Shown: positions 10,606 to 20,946 of the stretch, piece after piece
Layout: every line of letters begins with the position of its first letter
Position numbering within the stretch: position 1 is the stretch's first letter
Origin: Carpediemonas membranifera BICM
Lineage: Eukaryota; Protista; Fornicata
Assembly: GCA_019828565.1 (NCBI GenBank)
Contig: JAHDYR010000035.1
Location: 142,672 to 206,671, forward strand
Reading direction: 5' to 3'
Length of the DNA stretch: 64,000 nucleotides
Position numbers and translations under genes: made by a program
The notes under the pieces: generated by a model
Database searches by the model: none
What the model was told of the DNA's origin: nothing
Seen by the model: the letters and a program-made list of their open reading frames with translations, nothing else

Positions 10606-10753
10606 AATTACGTCGGCCCCTCCCATCCCGCATCCCTCAGGATACGCAAGCACAAGCTCTCTCCCTGCAGCACCTCTCTGGCGCTCTCTAAAATCGTCGT
10701 ATAGCGTAAACAGAATGTGCCGCATCAGTCATTCGTTCATTTTATTCCACTTA

Positions 10754-11941
10754 TCACTCTTGGTCATCCTCCTCATCACTCACCTCCTCGCGGATACTGA
10801 CATCATCACGAGCCTCGTCATCCGCGAGTGTCAATGGCTCTGTAATAGCGCGGGCAGCGTTGGTATACTCACCGTTGAACTGTCGCTGGCCTCTCTGAAT
10901 GCGAGGAAAGCAATTCACGCACACCGGAACACGACGAGAAGGACGCTTCAACATGTCAGTTCCAGTGTCAAAAACGGTGTCCGCGATATGATCCGGACAG
11001 AACCAGTTGGAACAAAAGTAGCAGAGCATGCTGGGTCCATCCTTAATACTTCTACCACAGTCCGCTGCTTGGGTGGTCTCGGTTGGAGGTGTACGATGAA
11101 AGCACTCGTCGTTACCATTGATTGCCTTACAGTCATCGCAGATGGATATCTTCTGCTTATCGGCCCTGTTAGATGCCGGGTATGCCATTCGCTCCTCCAA
11201 GTAGCCACTGACACAGCTATAATGGAAGTACCTCTCGCATTGTTGGCACTGCAGGGAGTTGTCGTCCTCAATCTTCAGCAGCAGATTCATCGGATCGTGA
11301 CAGACCCCACAACACATGCGCAATGAGTTTCGTAGCTGCTGATAAGTGAAGTTGTCGAGTGCGTGGCGCCGGTTCATTCCTGTCTGGATAAGTGCCGTTG
11401 CCTGCGCCACACATGTGGAAAATTGGGAAGCGACTTGGTCGATGTGCGCTGCTTCCCGCTGTCTGTGTTCACTGGCCAGATTGTCACGAACAGTTACGAC
11501 CGACTGAGGGGCGGGTTGAGACTGTTTCCGAGCCCTCTTGTCCTTCTTCTTCGAATAGGTCTGGAAGGGGATGCTGATGTAGCGCGAAACCGGAGGCTGC
11601 CATACCACAGTGCTAGTGGTACCTGATGCTGCCTGCAGGTTGTCCTGCAGCCTTGATAGGTTGATCTCGCCGAAGTCCTTGAGGAACACACCCTTGACCT
11701 TACCCTCGGTGTTGATCTGGTAAGACGAGGGGGCGAGTCCATCCAGAGCGTGGATAAGGGCATGACGAAGAGAACAAGCCATCGCTTGCTTCTTCTTGTA
11801 GAGAGCTCGGATATCATCTGGCAGAATAGCCCAGCACACCTCTGAAACCGCAACAGGCATGGCTTGAGCACAATCGCGTTGAAAGTAGAATACTTCTTTT
11901 GCAATTGCAATCAGGATTTCTCGTTTTTGGGTCTTTTCCAT
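10754..11941 (-). CDS. PHD-like zinc-finger protein (395 aa)
   Basis: CGVC...CQQCERYFHYSC...CDDC (C4HC3), followed by a second Cys/His cluster CYFCSNWFCPDH...CVNC. Confidence 0.75.
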   Translation of the reverse strand: MEKTQKREILIAIAKEVFYFQRDCAQAMPVAVSEVCWAILPDDIRALYKKKQAMACSLRHALIHALDGLAPSSYQINTEGKVKGVFLKDFGEINLSRLQDNLQAASGTTSTVVWQPPVSRYISIPFQTYSKKKDKRARKQSQPAPQSVVTVRDNLASEHRQREAAHIDQVASQFSTCVAQATALIQTGMNRRHALDNFTYQQLRNSLRMCCGVCHDPMNLLLKIEDDNSLQCQQCERYFHYSCVSGYLEERMAYPASNRADKQKISICDDCKAINGNDECFHRTPPTETTQAADCGRSIKDGPSMLCYFCSNWFCPDHIADTVFDTGTDMLKRPSRRVPVCVNCFPRIQRGQRQFNGEYTNAARAITEPLTLADDEARDDVSIREEVSDEEDDQE

Positions 11942-12451
11942 GATGCCTGTATGTGCACTTTAAGGTTGAAGATTGCTCACACAATTTGACTTTTCTTTAT
12001 CGAATGGGATAAAGTTGAAGTAAATAAAGTACTATTCCGTTGCTAGGACAGCAAGGGGATGTTACAGTAGGAGTTTCAACACTTTTTGAGAGGATACCCC
12101 TCAGAGGTGACAGTGCAACACCCGAAATTTTGTCTATACACGTCATATACAAGGTCTAATGCATCTTTGCCAACCACTTTTAGCGTTTGTATGTGTCAGA
12201 CGATCGAGTTCTGAAGAGCGACTTTGGCCAAGTCATGCGACCTTATCCTGCACTGACGATACGGAAAACGATCATAAATATTTTTTGTGACATCGACATG
12301 CGCTAATAATGTTTCCAGAGGTAGAACTAGGCTAGTAGAAGACTGTCACCCACTTTGGGGATGATCCGACGACATCGATCAAAATCAATCAAGGATTCCG
12401 GGACTTGATTCTGGGACTTTAAGTCCCGGTTAGAGTACCGGAAAACGCAGC

Positions 12452-14167
12452 ATGTACCAGTCCCTCAAAGGCAGTGTAGGTATCGCCCATCTGGGCAAGC
12501 GACTGAACAGCTCGACCTGGGACAAGGTGGAAACGGTGTGGTTTGATGGCGTGTACTATCTGCAGCAGGCAGTGCTTCACCCGGAGTGGCTCGAGTCTGA
12601 CCAGACGAACTTCGAGCGTTGCTCTCGTGCCCTTCAGGACCCAGGCCATGTCGAGTTCCAACCACTAAAACTACTCCTGTGGCTCGACGCATGGAAGGGA
12701 CATACCGCAACGTTCAAGATCCGCATCTACGACCCGTCAGGCTTCACGTTCCCTAACCGCATCACTCCCCCCTTCCGACTCGTTGAGTGTCTTGCCGGTG
12801 AGAAGGAGCTGACGGAGGAGGGAAACCTTCAACTCGTTGAGGAAGAAGTCGAGCGGATCTATCAAGCCCTCATACCGATCAGAGGAACTGACCAGGTCAC
12901 CACCTTCGACCAAGTCATCGTCATGGGCGATCACGCGGCCATCAGGAAGCTGTCATCCGGCATCGAGGGTAATGGAGGGCACTATCCCCAGCCCTTCAAC
13001 AGCATCCGTCGAGACCACAAGGCGCTGCACCCCATTCCGGCGCACTCTCGGGTCACCTTGCATGATTTGCTCGAGCAGAAGGCAGCGTTCCACGCCGTGC
13101 AGGCCGACCCCGACCGTGTGCAGGACCCGAAAGAGGAGTATGGCAACTTCTCCGACAAGAGGGCCATCTTCGAGAACCGGCCAGAGCCCCGAGTCATCCA
13201 CACGGAGCGAGTTGTCTTTTGTCCTCCGATCATGCACAACTCGCACCGCCTGCTCGAGCAAGTGGCACGGCTATGCGCCAGCTTCCCCGCTGATCGGAAC
13301 GCAACTGCCGTAGACAAGCGCAAGCTCCAGCGCATGTCATCCAACCGCAGTATTGACCGCACTGTCGGGTGCAACGAGCAGTCTGCTGCCAGAGTTCGCA
13401 TGGCGAACACCACGAACGAGGATTACGAGGCTCTTCCTGAGTCCGTCCAAGATATTGTGCGACTCATTGGCTATCTCCAGGCTCTTTACTACTCAACCGA
13501 GCCTGTCACCGACAGCAAAGTCGCATTCCACTTCTTGGCCGCGTCCATGTGCCACCTGTTCCACGTCATGCTCAGTCTGCAGGCACACCAGACAAAGCTG
13601 GCGTTGCTCCCTCCTGGGCAAGCAGACAAGGCGGAGAAGCCATGTGCCCAGACACTCTATGTCAACAGCAGGCTCACTGCCCAGCCTCTTCTTCACGATC
13701 ATCTCCGAATTCTCTTTTTTACCTCCTCGAGGAGTTCTTTGAGAGAGAGTTCATCAAGAACCAGGGAGGTCCGAGCCGAGTTGCACAGGTCGGCCATGAT
13801 CGAGAAGCTGTGTTTGACCGAGCAGACCACCCTCATCTGCACGTTCTTAACGGGTATTCGCTCGTTCGGTCGCCAGGACTACTCAGTCCCCCCGCTGAAC
13901 AGGCTTCGTCGTGTCCGAGTCCACCAATGCTGCAGACAAGCTCGCTCATGGTTCGCCATTCGCAGCCACATGGAGGCAAGGCACCAATTCCATGCCACGG
14001 CGGCGGTGGTGCGCCTCTTCCAGGAGCTCGTTGACGAGATGTGGCAGTACGTCAACGATTATTCGGCTTTGGCATGGGACGAAGAGTCTGGGGTGATGGT
14101 TTGCGAGTTGGCAGACATGGGTGAGGAGCTTGTTTGCTGCATTTGCGGTCATGCACGCGCTGAGTAG
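12452..14167 (+). CDS. RAG1/Transib-like (CMC-related) DDE transposase
   Basis: LLLWLDAW (first D), PFRLVECLAGEKE (compare RAG1 PLCLMLADE), VMGDHAAIRKL..G..G..GHYP (second D), PPIMH (compare RAG1 DALH), and YLLEEFFERE (ExxE) in a shifted frame at ~13720-13765. The 5' region upstream of 12452 looks degraded. Confidence 0.65.
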   Translation: MYQSLKGSVGIAHLGKRLNSSTWDKVETVWFDGVYYLQQAVLHPEWLESDQTNFERCSRALQDPGHVEFQPLKLLLWLDAWKGHTATFKIRIYDPSGFTFPNRITPPFRLVECLAGEKELTEEGNLQLVEEEVERIYQALIPIRGTDQVTTFDQVIVMGDHAAIRKLSSGIEGNGGHYPQPFNSIRRDHKALHPIPAHSRVTLHDLLEQKAAFHAVQADPDRVQDPKEEYGNFSDKRAIFENRPEPRVIHTERVVFCPPIMHNSHRLLEQVARLCASFPADRNATAVDKRKLQRMSSNRSIDRTVGCNEQSAARVRMANTTNEDYEALPESVQDIVRLIGYLQALYYSTEPVTDSKVAFHFLAASMCHLFHVMLSLQAHQTKLALLPPGQADKAEKPCAQTLYVNSRLTAQPLLHDHLRILFFTSSRSSLRESSSRTREVRAELHRSAMIEKLCLTEQTTLICTFLTGIRSFGRQDYSVPPLNRLRRVRVHQCCRQARSWFAIRSHMEARHQFHATAAVVRLFQELVDEMWQYVNDYSALAWDEESGVMVCELADMGEELVCCICGHARAE

Positions 14168-14291
14168 TGAGTAAAGGAGTTTTATTGGTCAGTACATCCC
14201 ATTTGGTGTGTTTCCCCCAACTACCAATTTTTTTTTTCAACATTGGTAGTTTCACAATTTTCACATTACGTCACTTGTTTGGTGAAAAACA

Positions 14292-15217
14292 ATGGAAACG
14301 CCACTTCCGACATGGCTGACGATGAATTTATCGCAACACAAGGCCTATATTCAATATGTCAAGCTTTCAGACAAGTCTGAGCTCTTGCCGTCTGTCAGGG
14401 CCTTCTTCAACAGAGATCTGGCGACTTCGAACCTCGACTGTCTGAACTACTCATTCGTCATGTATGTCAGACCCACTACACTTCTTGTTAACACAGTCTC
14501 ATCGCAATTCGTGGGGTTGAGATGGACAACATCAAGGCTGCATGCCTTCTCTTCCGCGAGTCGTACAGGGAGGGGCAGACCCTGAGCGGACAACTGCACC
14601 AGGAGCGGTTTGTCATCGGCTTACGGACAGCCGTCTCCTGCAGAGGTCTTGGGTTCGCGAGGGTGCTTCTTAGCATAGCATCTGCCGAAGAACTCGTCCG
14701 ACTGCAGTGCGACAAGCGACTCCAGGACATGTATGCGTCCTTTGGCCTCAAGGAGTCATCGGACCCGTCGCAGGTCGAGCAGCTGGTGGACACGGGGGGC
14801 AACCCACTTGCCATTGTCACGATGGAGGGCACGATGGGTCCCAACAAGTGGACCAACCTCGGCAAGAGCCTGACAGAGTGCTGTGGGATGATAATGCAAG
14901 GCTCTACGTTGATCCGCGTGACCAACCATGGTAATAGACTTGATCAGCACGCTCATGGGATGCCTGCTTCCGACAAGAGGAGTGTTGACTCGTTCGTGGA
15001 ACGCACCCGTGTGTCCGTGCGCCGTGAACGTGCGGCAAAACGGCCTAACGTCACCCGAATCAGGCAGAAGTTGATGATTATCCGCCATTACAACCTTCGT
15101 TCTTTCACGCTGGTCAAAGAGATCAAGGAAACGAGGACCGAGATGCGTAAGGAGAAGAAAGCCAACTTCTGGGACAGTGAATGGAATATTTCCGTTGAGG
15201 ATGACGAAGAAGTGTAA
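14292..15217 (+). CDS. GNAT-family acetyltransferase (296 aa; intron 14462-14496)
   Basis: A GTATGT...AACACAG intron joins the two ORFs in frame. Motif A LRTAVSCRGLGFARVLL and motif B LQCDKRLQDMYASFGL are present. Confidence 0.75.
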
Positions 15218-15241
15218 ATGAAATGAAAATAAAACAAGAAT

Positions 15242-15940
15242 TTATAGCTCCTGTGCCGAACACTCTAAGTAGTAATTCATGATGGCTTGGTATACCTTGC
15301 GACGCAGCACATCACGCGATTCAGCCTCAGCACGTTCCGCATTCCGCTTCGCAATGACAGAAGTGAGCTGACTGAGTGTCTTAGCCTCCTTCTTCAGAAC
15401 TCTGGTGGGTCTGGCGAAGATGAGATCCGCGTCGCGGTCACGGCAAGGCTTGCTCAGGACGAGCTTGACGTCATCGACCGTCACACCGCACGATGAAGCA
15501 GCGAAGGCATGGACCTTAGCCCGGTAGGCGATGGGAATGCGGTGAAAGGCATCATCCATCTCGCGGACAGTCGCGATGAGTGGGTCGTCCGTGTCCAGCT
15601 CATCTGTCTGGGCGTCAAGACTGAGGAGAGCCTTGAAGCGGTGACGCTTGTCCTCATCACCGCCTCCCTGCCACTTGCGGCTGATCTCTTCGACCGACTG
15701 GAGATTGCCGTAGAGCTTGTCCTTCTTCAAGGAGGCTACTTTCATCTTAGGGACCTCGGCGGCAAACTTCTGGCTGAAGTCGACAACCCATCCGTTTGCG
15801 CGGGTAATATCGTCATTATTAGTGAGGAAATTGCTGATAAAGGTCTGAACAATCTCGATGGGCGTCTTGTGAGCTTTTCGGGCTGTTTTCGTGGACTTGT
15901 TGGACTTGCTCTGGCTCTTTTTGCTGCGCTTTCTTGCCAA
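15242..15940 (-). CDS. Hypothetical protein with basic N-terminus (232 aa)
   Basis: Clean ORF with a Lys/Arg-rich NLS-like start. Confidence 0.65.
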   Translation of the reverse strand: MARKRSKKSQSKSNKSTKTARKAHKTPIEIVQTFISNFLTNNDDITRANGWVVDFSQKFAAEVPKMKVASLKKDKLYGNLQSVEEISRKWQGGGDEDKRHRFKALLSLDAQTDELDTDDPLIATVREMDDAFHRIPIAYRAKVHAFAASSCGVTVDDVKLVLSKPCRDRDADLIFARPTRVLKKEAKTLSQLTSVIAKRNAERAEAESRDVLRRKVYQAIMNYYLECSAQEL

Positions 15941-16432
15941 GAGCCATTCTCCTCTCCTTTTGAGCTTCAGTGGCCTGTATATTGCCTTGTTTACTTCTTG
16001 CCATCGTTGTTTCCTTAAAATGCGTGTGAAAATGTGAAATGAACTGTGACTCTCGACATTGCTGCGCAGCTATGGTATTCCAACGGCACAGAACGGGTTT
16101 ATAGCATGCATATGATCCATTCTGGTGCCTTTATCCTCTATAACCAACATCAGTCCATCAAAAATGAATCTTGCAACAGAATACTCATCCACACGCATCG
16201 AGAACGAAAAAGAAGCATATAACCAACATCAACAACCTAATAGAAGGCTGCATGCAAGCGTAGAGCTCTCCTAGTCAATTCTTCATTTTCACCACCATCG
16301 ATCTCCACGTCAGGGATGAAACCGTGCGCCCAAAAGCTCAGAGATGCCGTTATAGATGATATAACGACGTCTCTGAGCTTTTCAGCGATTTCAGTTTCTG
16401 GCCACCTCCAAGTTCTGGATAAGCTACAATCC

Positions 16433-16698
16433 TGTCAATGTTGTCCTCAGAGGACACTGAAAAATTTAATCTGTGTCCTCTGAGGACCAAATTGACAAAA
16501 TCGAAAAATGGAGCGATGAGATGCCCATCGAAAAACGGCCAAAAACAGCGCAGGTGCAGAATGAGCTGAAAATCGGCCAAGGGGTAGCTCTTGGGTCTTT
16601 ATGGCTGATCGGAGGTATTTACATGACAGCTGGCAATATTTATTGAGATAAAACGTATTTCATTTTTCGAGAAAGTCTTCTGAGGACCAAATTGACAA
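16433..16698. promoter_or_regulatory. 25-bp inverted repeat plus a third copy abutting an ATG
   Basis: Arms 16433-16457 and 16473-16497 match 23/25, each with the internal palindrome GTCCTC(A/T)GAGGAC. The third copy is at 16675-16698. Confidence 0.6.
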
Positions 16699-18874
16699 TG
16701 GTTAACGAAGACATCATCTCTCTCGGCAAACTGAAGGAGACAATGCTTGCTCCTGACGATTCTGGTATGTCACTTTCATTTTCACGGTCCTATTTACACA
16801 GATGATTCATTCCGTGCATACGACGCCCTTTCGTCCACAAAGAGCCGTATAACCTGGCTGCAAGATCACGGCATCGTCTCTGATGACCCTCTGTTCTTCG
16901 TTTGCGTCCGTCTGATCAGCATTCGTACGATCAACGTTGTTTTCGGGTTCCCGTTGAAGCGCACTTTAAGCCAGCACGTTCACGACTATGGAGTTGCCAA
17001 ACTACGCGCGATATGTGACGCAACTAACCGCAACTACCTCTGCGAGGTCGACTTTGACTCTCCCGACACAATTGAGGCATTCCGACGGAAGTTTTGTGAC
17101 CACTTCACCGCCAAATCTGTTCATAAGGCTCTAGTCGGCGTCGACTCGCTCCCTGTTGAGAAGCAGGTTGAGATTTACCGCGCATTCCACCTTGTGTTGC
17201 GCCACAAGGACTCGAAGAAACTCGATTCTCGTGTTCCGGCAGGCCAATTTGGCCAGTTTATCGCCCACGCCCAGCTCAGCAAGAAGCTGTCCTTCGCTGG
17301 CTCAGAGAAGCTGGCCGAGGAGTTGGCTAAGATCGGTTCGCTCGATCCGTCAGCTCCTCTGAAGAGGAAGATCGCTCGTCTTGAGAAGGAGCTCGCCTCA
17401 TCGACTGCTGCTCTGATGAAGGTCCAAGAGGAGTTAGTCCGGGCCCAGGATCGCTCAGCAGCAGCCACCAAGCCTTCTTCCGTCGTTGCTGCCCCTCAGC
17501 CGCTTCCGGTTGTCGACGCAGAGTCCACGACACACGATGAATTTTCCGACACTGACGAGTCCGAGTCTGATGACCACTCTGAACCGGCCGCCATGCAGGG
17601 TGACGGCGTTCCTTTGCCCCAGACTGATCAAGACATCGACGTAGAGTCCGATGTGGACGACACAGACACCGTTGGTTCTCTCCTTCAGCAGCTAGACGAC
17701 ACCATTGCAGGCCTTGATGATGTCCCTGAGTCTGTGCGCTTGTTGGAGCAGTACGAGCCCTTGATAAAAACGGCTTGCTGAGGAGAGGGAGGCGAGGGAG
17801 GCGCTTGAACAGGCTAACAGAGAGTCTGAGGAGTCCCAGAAGAGACTTAAAGCTGAGTTAGGTCAGCAGAAGGCCGAGGATCAGGCGATCCATCAGTTTA
17901 CTCAAGCAGAGTTGGCACGGGCGAGTGAGGCTGGGCTTGAAGCGCTCGCCGATGAACTCGAGGACAACTGGGCTGAGCTTGTCAGGCGCGCCGAGGAGGC
18001 AACAGTGGAGCTTGACCGCTACGTTCCTCTCGCTGCCTTGATGGTACTGTTCCAGAGGAACAATGTGACTGGAGCCTTATGGACTCGGATCAATAGCACC
18101 ATGATGAGGTACGGGGGCCAGAAGTTCATAACGGTCCCACCCCTCGACCTCGGTCTGTCGCCAGAGATGAAGGCTATCATCAAACAGCACTCTCCGACGC
18201 CTGCCAATGTTCCCCCTATGCAGATATACTTACGGAGCGACGTTGATAGGCAGAAGTACATCGACGTGGAGTACGACAAGGTAGGCGAGCGAGTTCTCAA
18301 AGATCGTAAGAGTTGGCGGAAGATTGCAGTCAACCCGGATGGATTGTGCATCGGCTACTGCCTGCAGAAGGTTGAGAATGGCGAGTTCGACAAGAAGTTT
18401 GCGGCAGAGGAAGTGGCAGCAGTGAGGGAGGAGGTGCGCGCCTGGGGATTCTCCGATGCTGGCGAGAGGCTGAGGCTTGAGACGTCTAACGTGTTCGTGC
18501 CCACCCTGATGTTCGACGATGCCACTGATTGGTACAGCAACTTTGGTGTCATGGCCTGGTCAGCTCTGAAGAGCAAGACTGTAGTCGTTATCTGGGTCAA
18601 GATGTTGACGTACCATGACAAGTATATTGTGCGGATGCATTTGACGGAAGTTTATGAGTCCGGCATGGTCCGGCGTGGATCTGATGAAGATGTGGCTGCG
18701 GCGCAAGCTATTGTGGTCGTCAAGGATGAGCATGCGACGCTATTTGTCCGCAAACGTTCAAAGGGTGGTAAGAGAAAGGCTCATACGACTTATATCAAGC
18801 GCAAGGCAGTCGATAAGGATCGCGAAAAGAGAGTTGTTGATGCCGAGGACGTTAAGCGTGGAGTTCCCGAGTAA
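16698..18874 (+). CDS. Coiled-coil/acidic protein with C-terminal OTU-like cysteine protease (intron 16765-16801; frameshift at A5 17766-17770)
   Basis: Splicing gives MVNED...DDSFRAY. Removing one A joins the 344-aa and 320-aa ORFs. VNPDGLCIGYCL (DGxC), WYSNFGVMAWS and VVKDEHATL fit the OTU layout. Confidence 0.65.
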
Positions 18875-18899
18875 AAAAGAGATGTTTTGACATTTTAAT

Positions 18900-19710
18900 T
18901 CATTTCTTCCGCTTCTTGAGTGCCGGATACTGCTCCAGGAACCTTGTGAGATAGTTTGGATGAGAAATGGGCAGACTCGGGAACCTAGCAATGGTTAAGA
19001 CCTCACCCGCATCAAAGAAGATCTCGCCGTAACTGATACGAAGAAACTCTTCGGCCTGAATGACGTTCGTCGACTCAACCGCAAGGACTGGAAGGTCCTT
19101 GAGCAAACGGTTGGTGAACTGGCAGTTGGTGTCACTCTCACTGTGGTTGATGAGGTGTACACCAATGCCTTCACCTTCGCCTGCGTCGACGTGAAGGTTG
19201 CTAGCGTCGAATGAAATGCTGTGTAAAGGCATAATGAACAATGAACAAACACCATGTTGCTGTTATTCGCGTGGTAGTCCTCGTCGGACACAATCCTACC
19301 GGCGTAAATGCCGAGGAGCTTTCCGGGCTCAATTGCGGCAGTTGCAATGAGGCCTCTACCCACGTCCGTGTGGTCGGGGAGCCAGACAAGGCTGCACCTC
19401 AACGGCAATGGAGGGGTGGGTCAGCCGGGTGGATAACCAACTCGGGGGTTCGAGGGGAGTAAGGTCCTTCTCGGCCTCCTTAAGCTCCCCTGATCGACTC
19501 CTCGGGAGTGTTTGGGTAGATCGCGGCGACCAGATCCGGATGCAGTGCCTGAGTATGCACAACGGATTCAATGATGGAATCTTCGCTTGAGGAATCCTCC
19601 TGAGAATCATTTGAAGGCGCAGACGGCGGCGTCTTGCCCGCAGTGGACGTAATGGGTATTCTGATACCCCCAGGCTGCGGCTTTGGTGGGAGCGCCTTTC
19701 TTCTCGCCAT
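18900..19710 (-). CDS. SET-domain methyltransferase-like protein (intron 19219-19250; frameshifts at 19487-19490 and 19376-19379)
   Basis: TDVGRGLIATAAIEPGKLLGIYAGRIV, HLINHS, IQAEEFLRISYG; paralogous to 8262..8990. Confidence 0.8.
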
Positions 19711-19824
19711 CTGATTTTTTTTTGCAAACGGACACGCGGTATTTCTCGGGATTGATGGGGCCGTCTCACACCGTAAAAGGACACACATACAATATCTTAT
19801 CTGTAACACCAGAATGCTTGCTTA

Positions 19825-20922
19825 TTGTGGTCCATATCCTTCCCTATAGCTGGTTCGGCCAACTACCAGTGTTGGAAAAAAAGTGGTAGTTGCCAAATGG
19901 AGAGGAAATTTGGCAAATTCGGTACCAGACGCATCAGCGACCATCCTCTCACGTATGAATGCGTCTGTGGAATCACTAGGCCGCGTTCTGACCTTCGCAA
20001 CCAAGGGCTGAAGGAATATGACGGAATCAGGTACACGCATGACTGCCCCTTCACCCTGAGCAAGCTTGTGAACCGCCGCATCGTTATCCTGCTCGAGCCA
20101 GTCCATGGCTTCGAAGCACCTACTTGTGCGAACCCGGTCTTCACTGTCACCGGGCTTGCTGGCTCCGAGGGGTACCACAAGCGCATGAAGGCCATCCTCG
20201 ATCTCGTCAGCGACGAGTGGCTCACCACGGTTGCCGTCAGTTTCGTCTCGACGACCCACCTCGGCTCCATACTGCAACAGTTGGCTGCAGAATTCGCCAA
20301 TTTCGAGACATTCTGGGTTGTTTCTGGCCACAGCGAGACCACAACGTCGAGAATGATCGTTAATGCGAGCGCTAACGAGTTCCTGTACCTTCACGATATC
20401 GTACAGATGATCCTCTTCGCTTTCCGTGAGCCATCCCTCGTCACCACCAGCCGGGTTCGGCTCATCTACTTCGCCACCTGTACCGGAGCGGACAATAGCG
20501 AGTTCTCTCTGCTTAAGCAGTCCATTTCGACCCAGGCATACGAGCATACGTGCATCATTCTCACTCCGGAGAAAATGCTTGCCAACGAACTCGTCCTGCA
20601 GGACTGCTTTTGGCTCTACCGCACTACATGCATGGACAACCCGCTCCACTTCGTCTCGCGTTACTTCTCCGGCTATGGGCTCGCACCTGGCACAGCAGGG
20701 AGACGGGTTATCGCGAATGGATCAATGTCCATAACCCCGGGCGCGATTGAGATCCTCACAGCCACTCAGTTCCGCACGCCAATCCCTCTTCCCGAGATGG
20801 TCGACCTTGTTTCTGAGGTACTTGCATATAGACCACTGCAGAGATCTCCGGCGGATGTTATGGCCTCGCGCTACATTACTGAGATGACAGTTGCGCACAG
20901 AGCGGCACTGGAAGACACTTAA
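19825..20922 (+). CDS. CHAT/caspase-hemoglobinase-fold protease-like protein (start may be 19897)
   Basis: FWVVSGHS followed about 35 aa later by RLIYFATCTG, matching the His-Cys dyad layout (GHG ... LsAC) of clan CD peptidases. Confidence 0.6.
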   Translation: MWSISFPIAGSANYQCWKKSGSCQMERKFGKFGTRRISDHPLTYECVCGITRPRSDLRNQGLKEYDGIRYTHDCPFTLSKLVNRRIVILLEPVHGFEAPTCANPVFTVTGLAGSEGYHKRMKAILDLVSDEWLTTVAVSFVSTTHLGSILQQLAAEFANFETFWVVSGHSETTTSRMIVNASANEFLYLHDIVQMILFAFREPSLVTTSRVRLIYFATCTGADNSEFSLLKQSISTQAYEHTCIILTPEKMLANELVLQDCFWLYRTTCMDNPLHFVSRYFSGYGLAPGTAGRRVIANGSMSITPGAIEILTATQFRTPIPLPEMVDLVSEVLAYRPLQRSPADVMASRYITEMTVAHRAALEDT

Positions 20923-20946
20923 AGTTCAAAAATCTCCCTATTTAAC

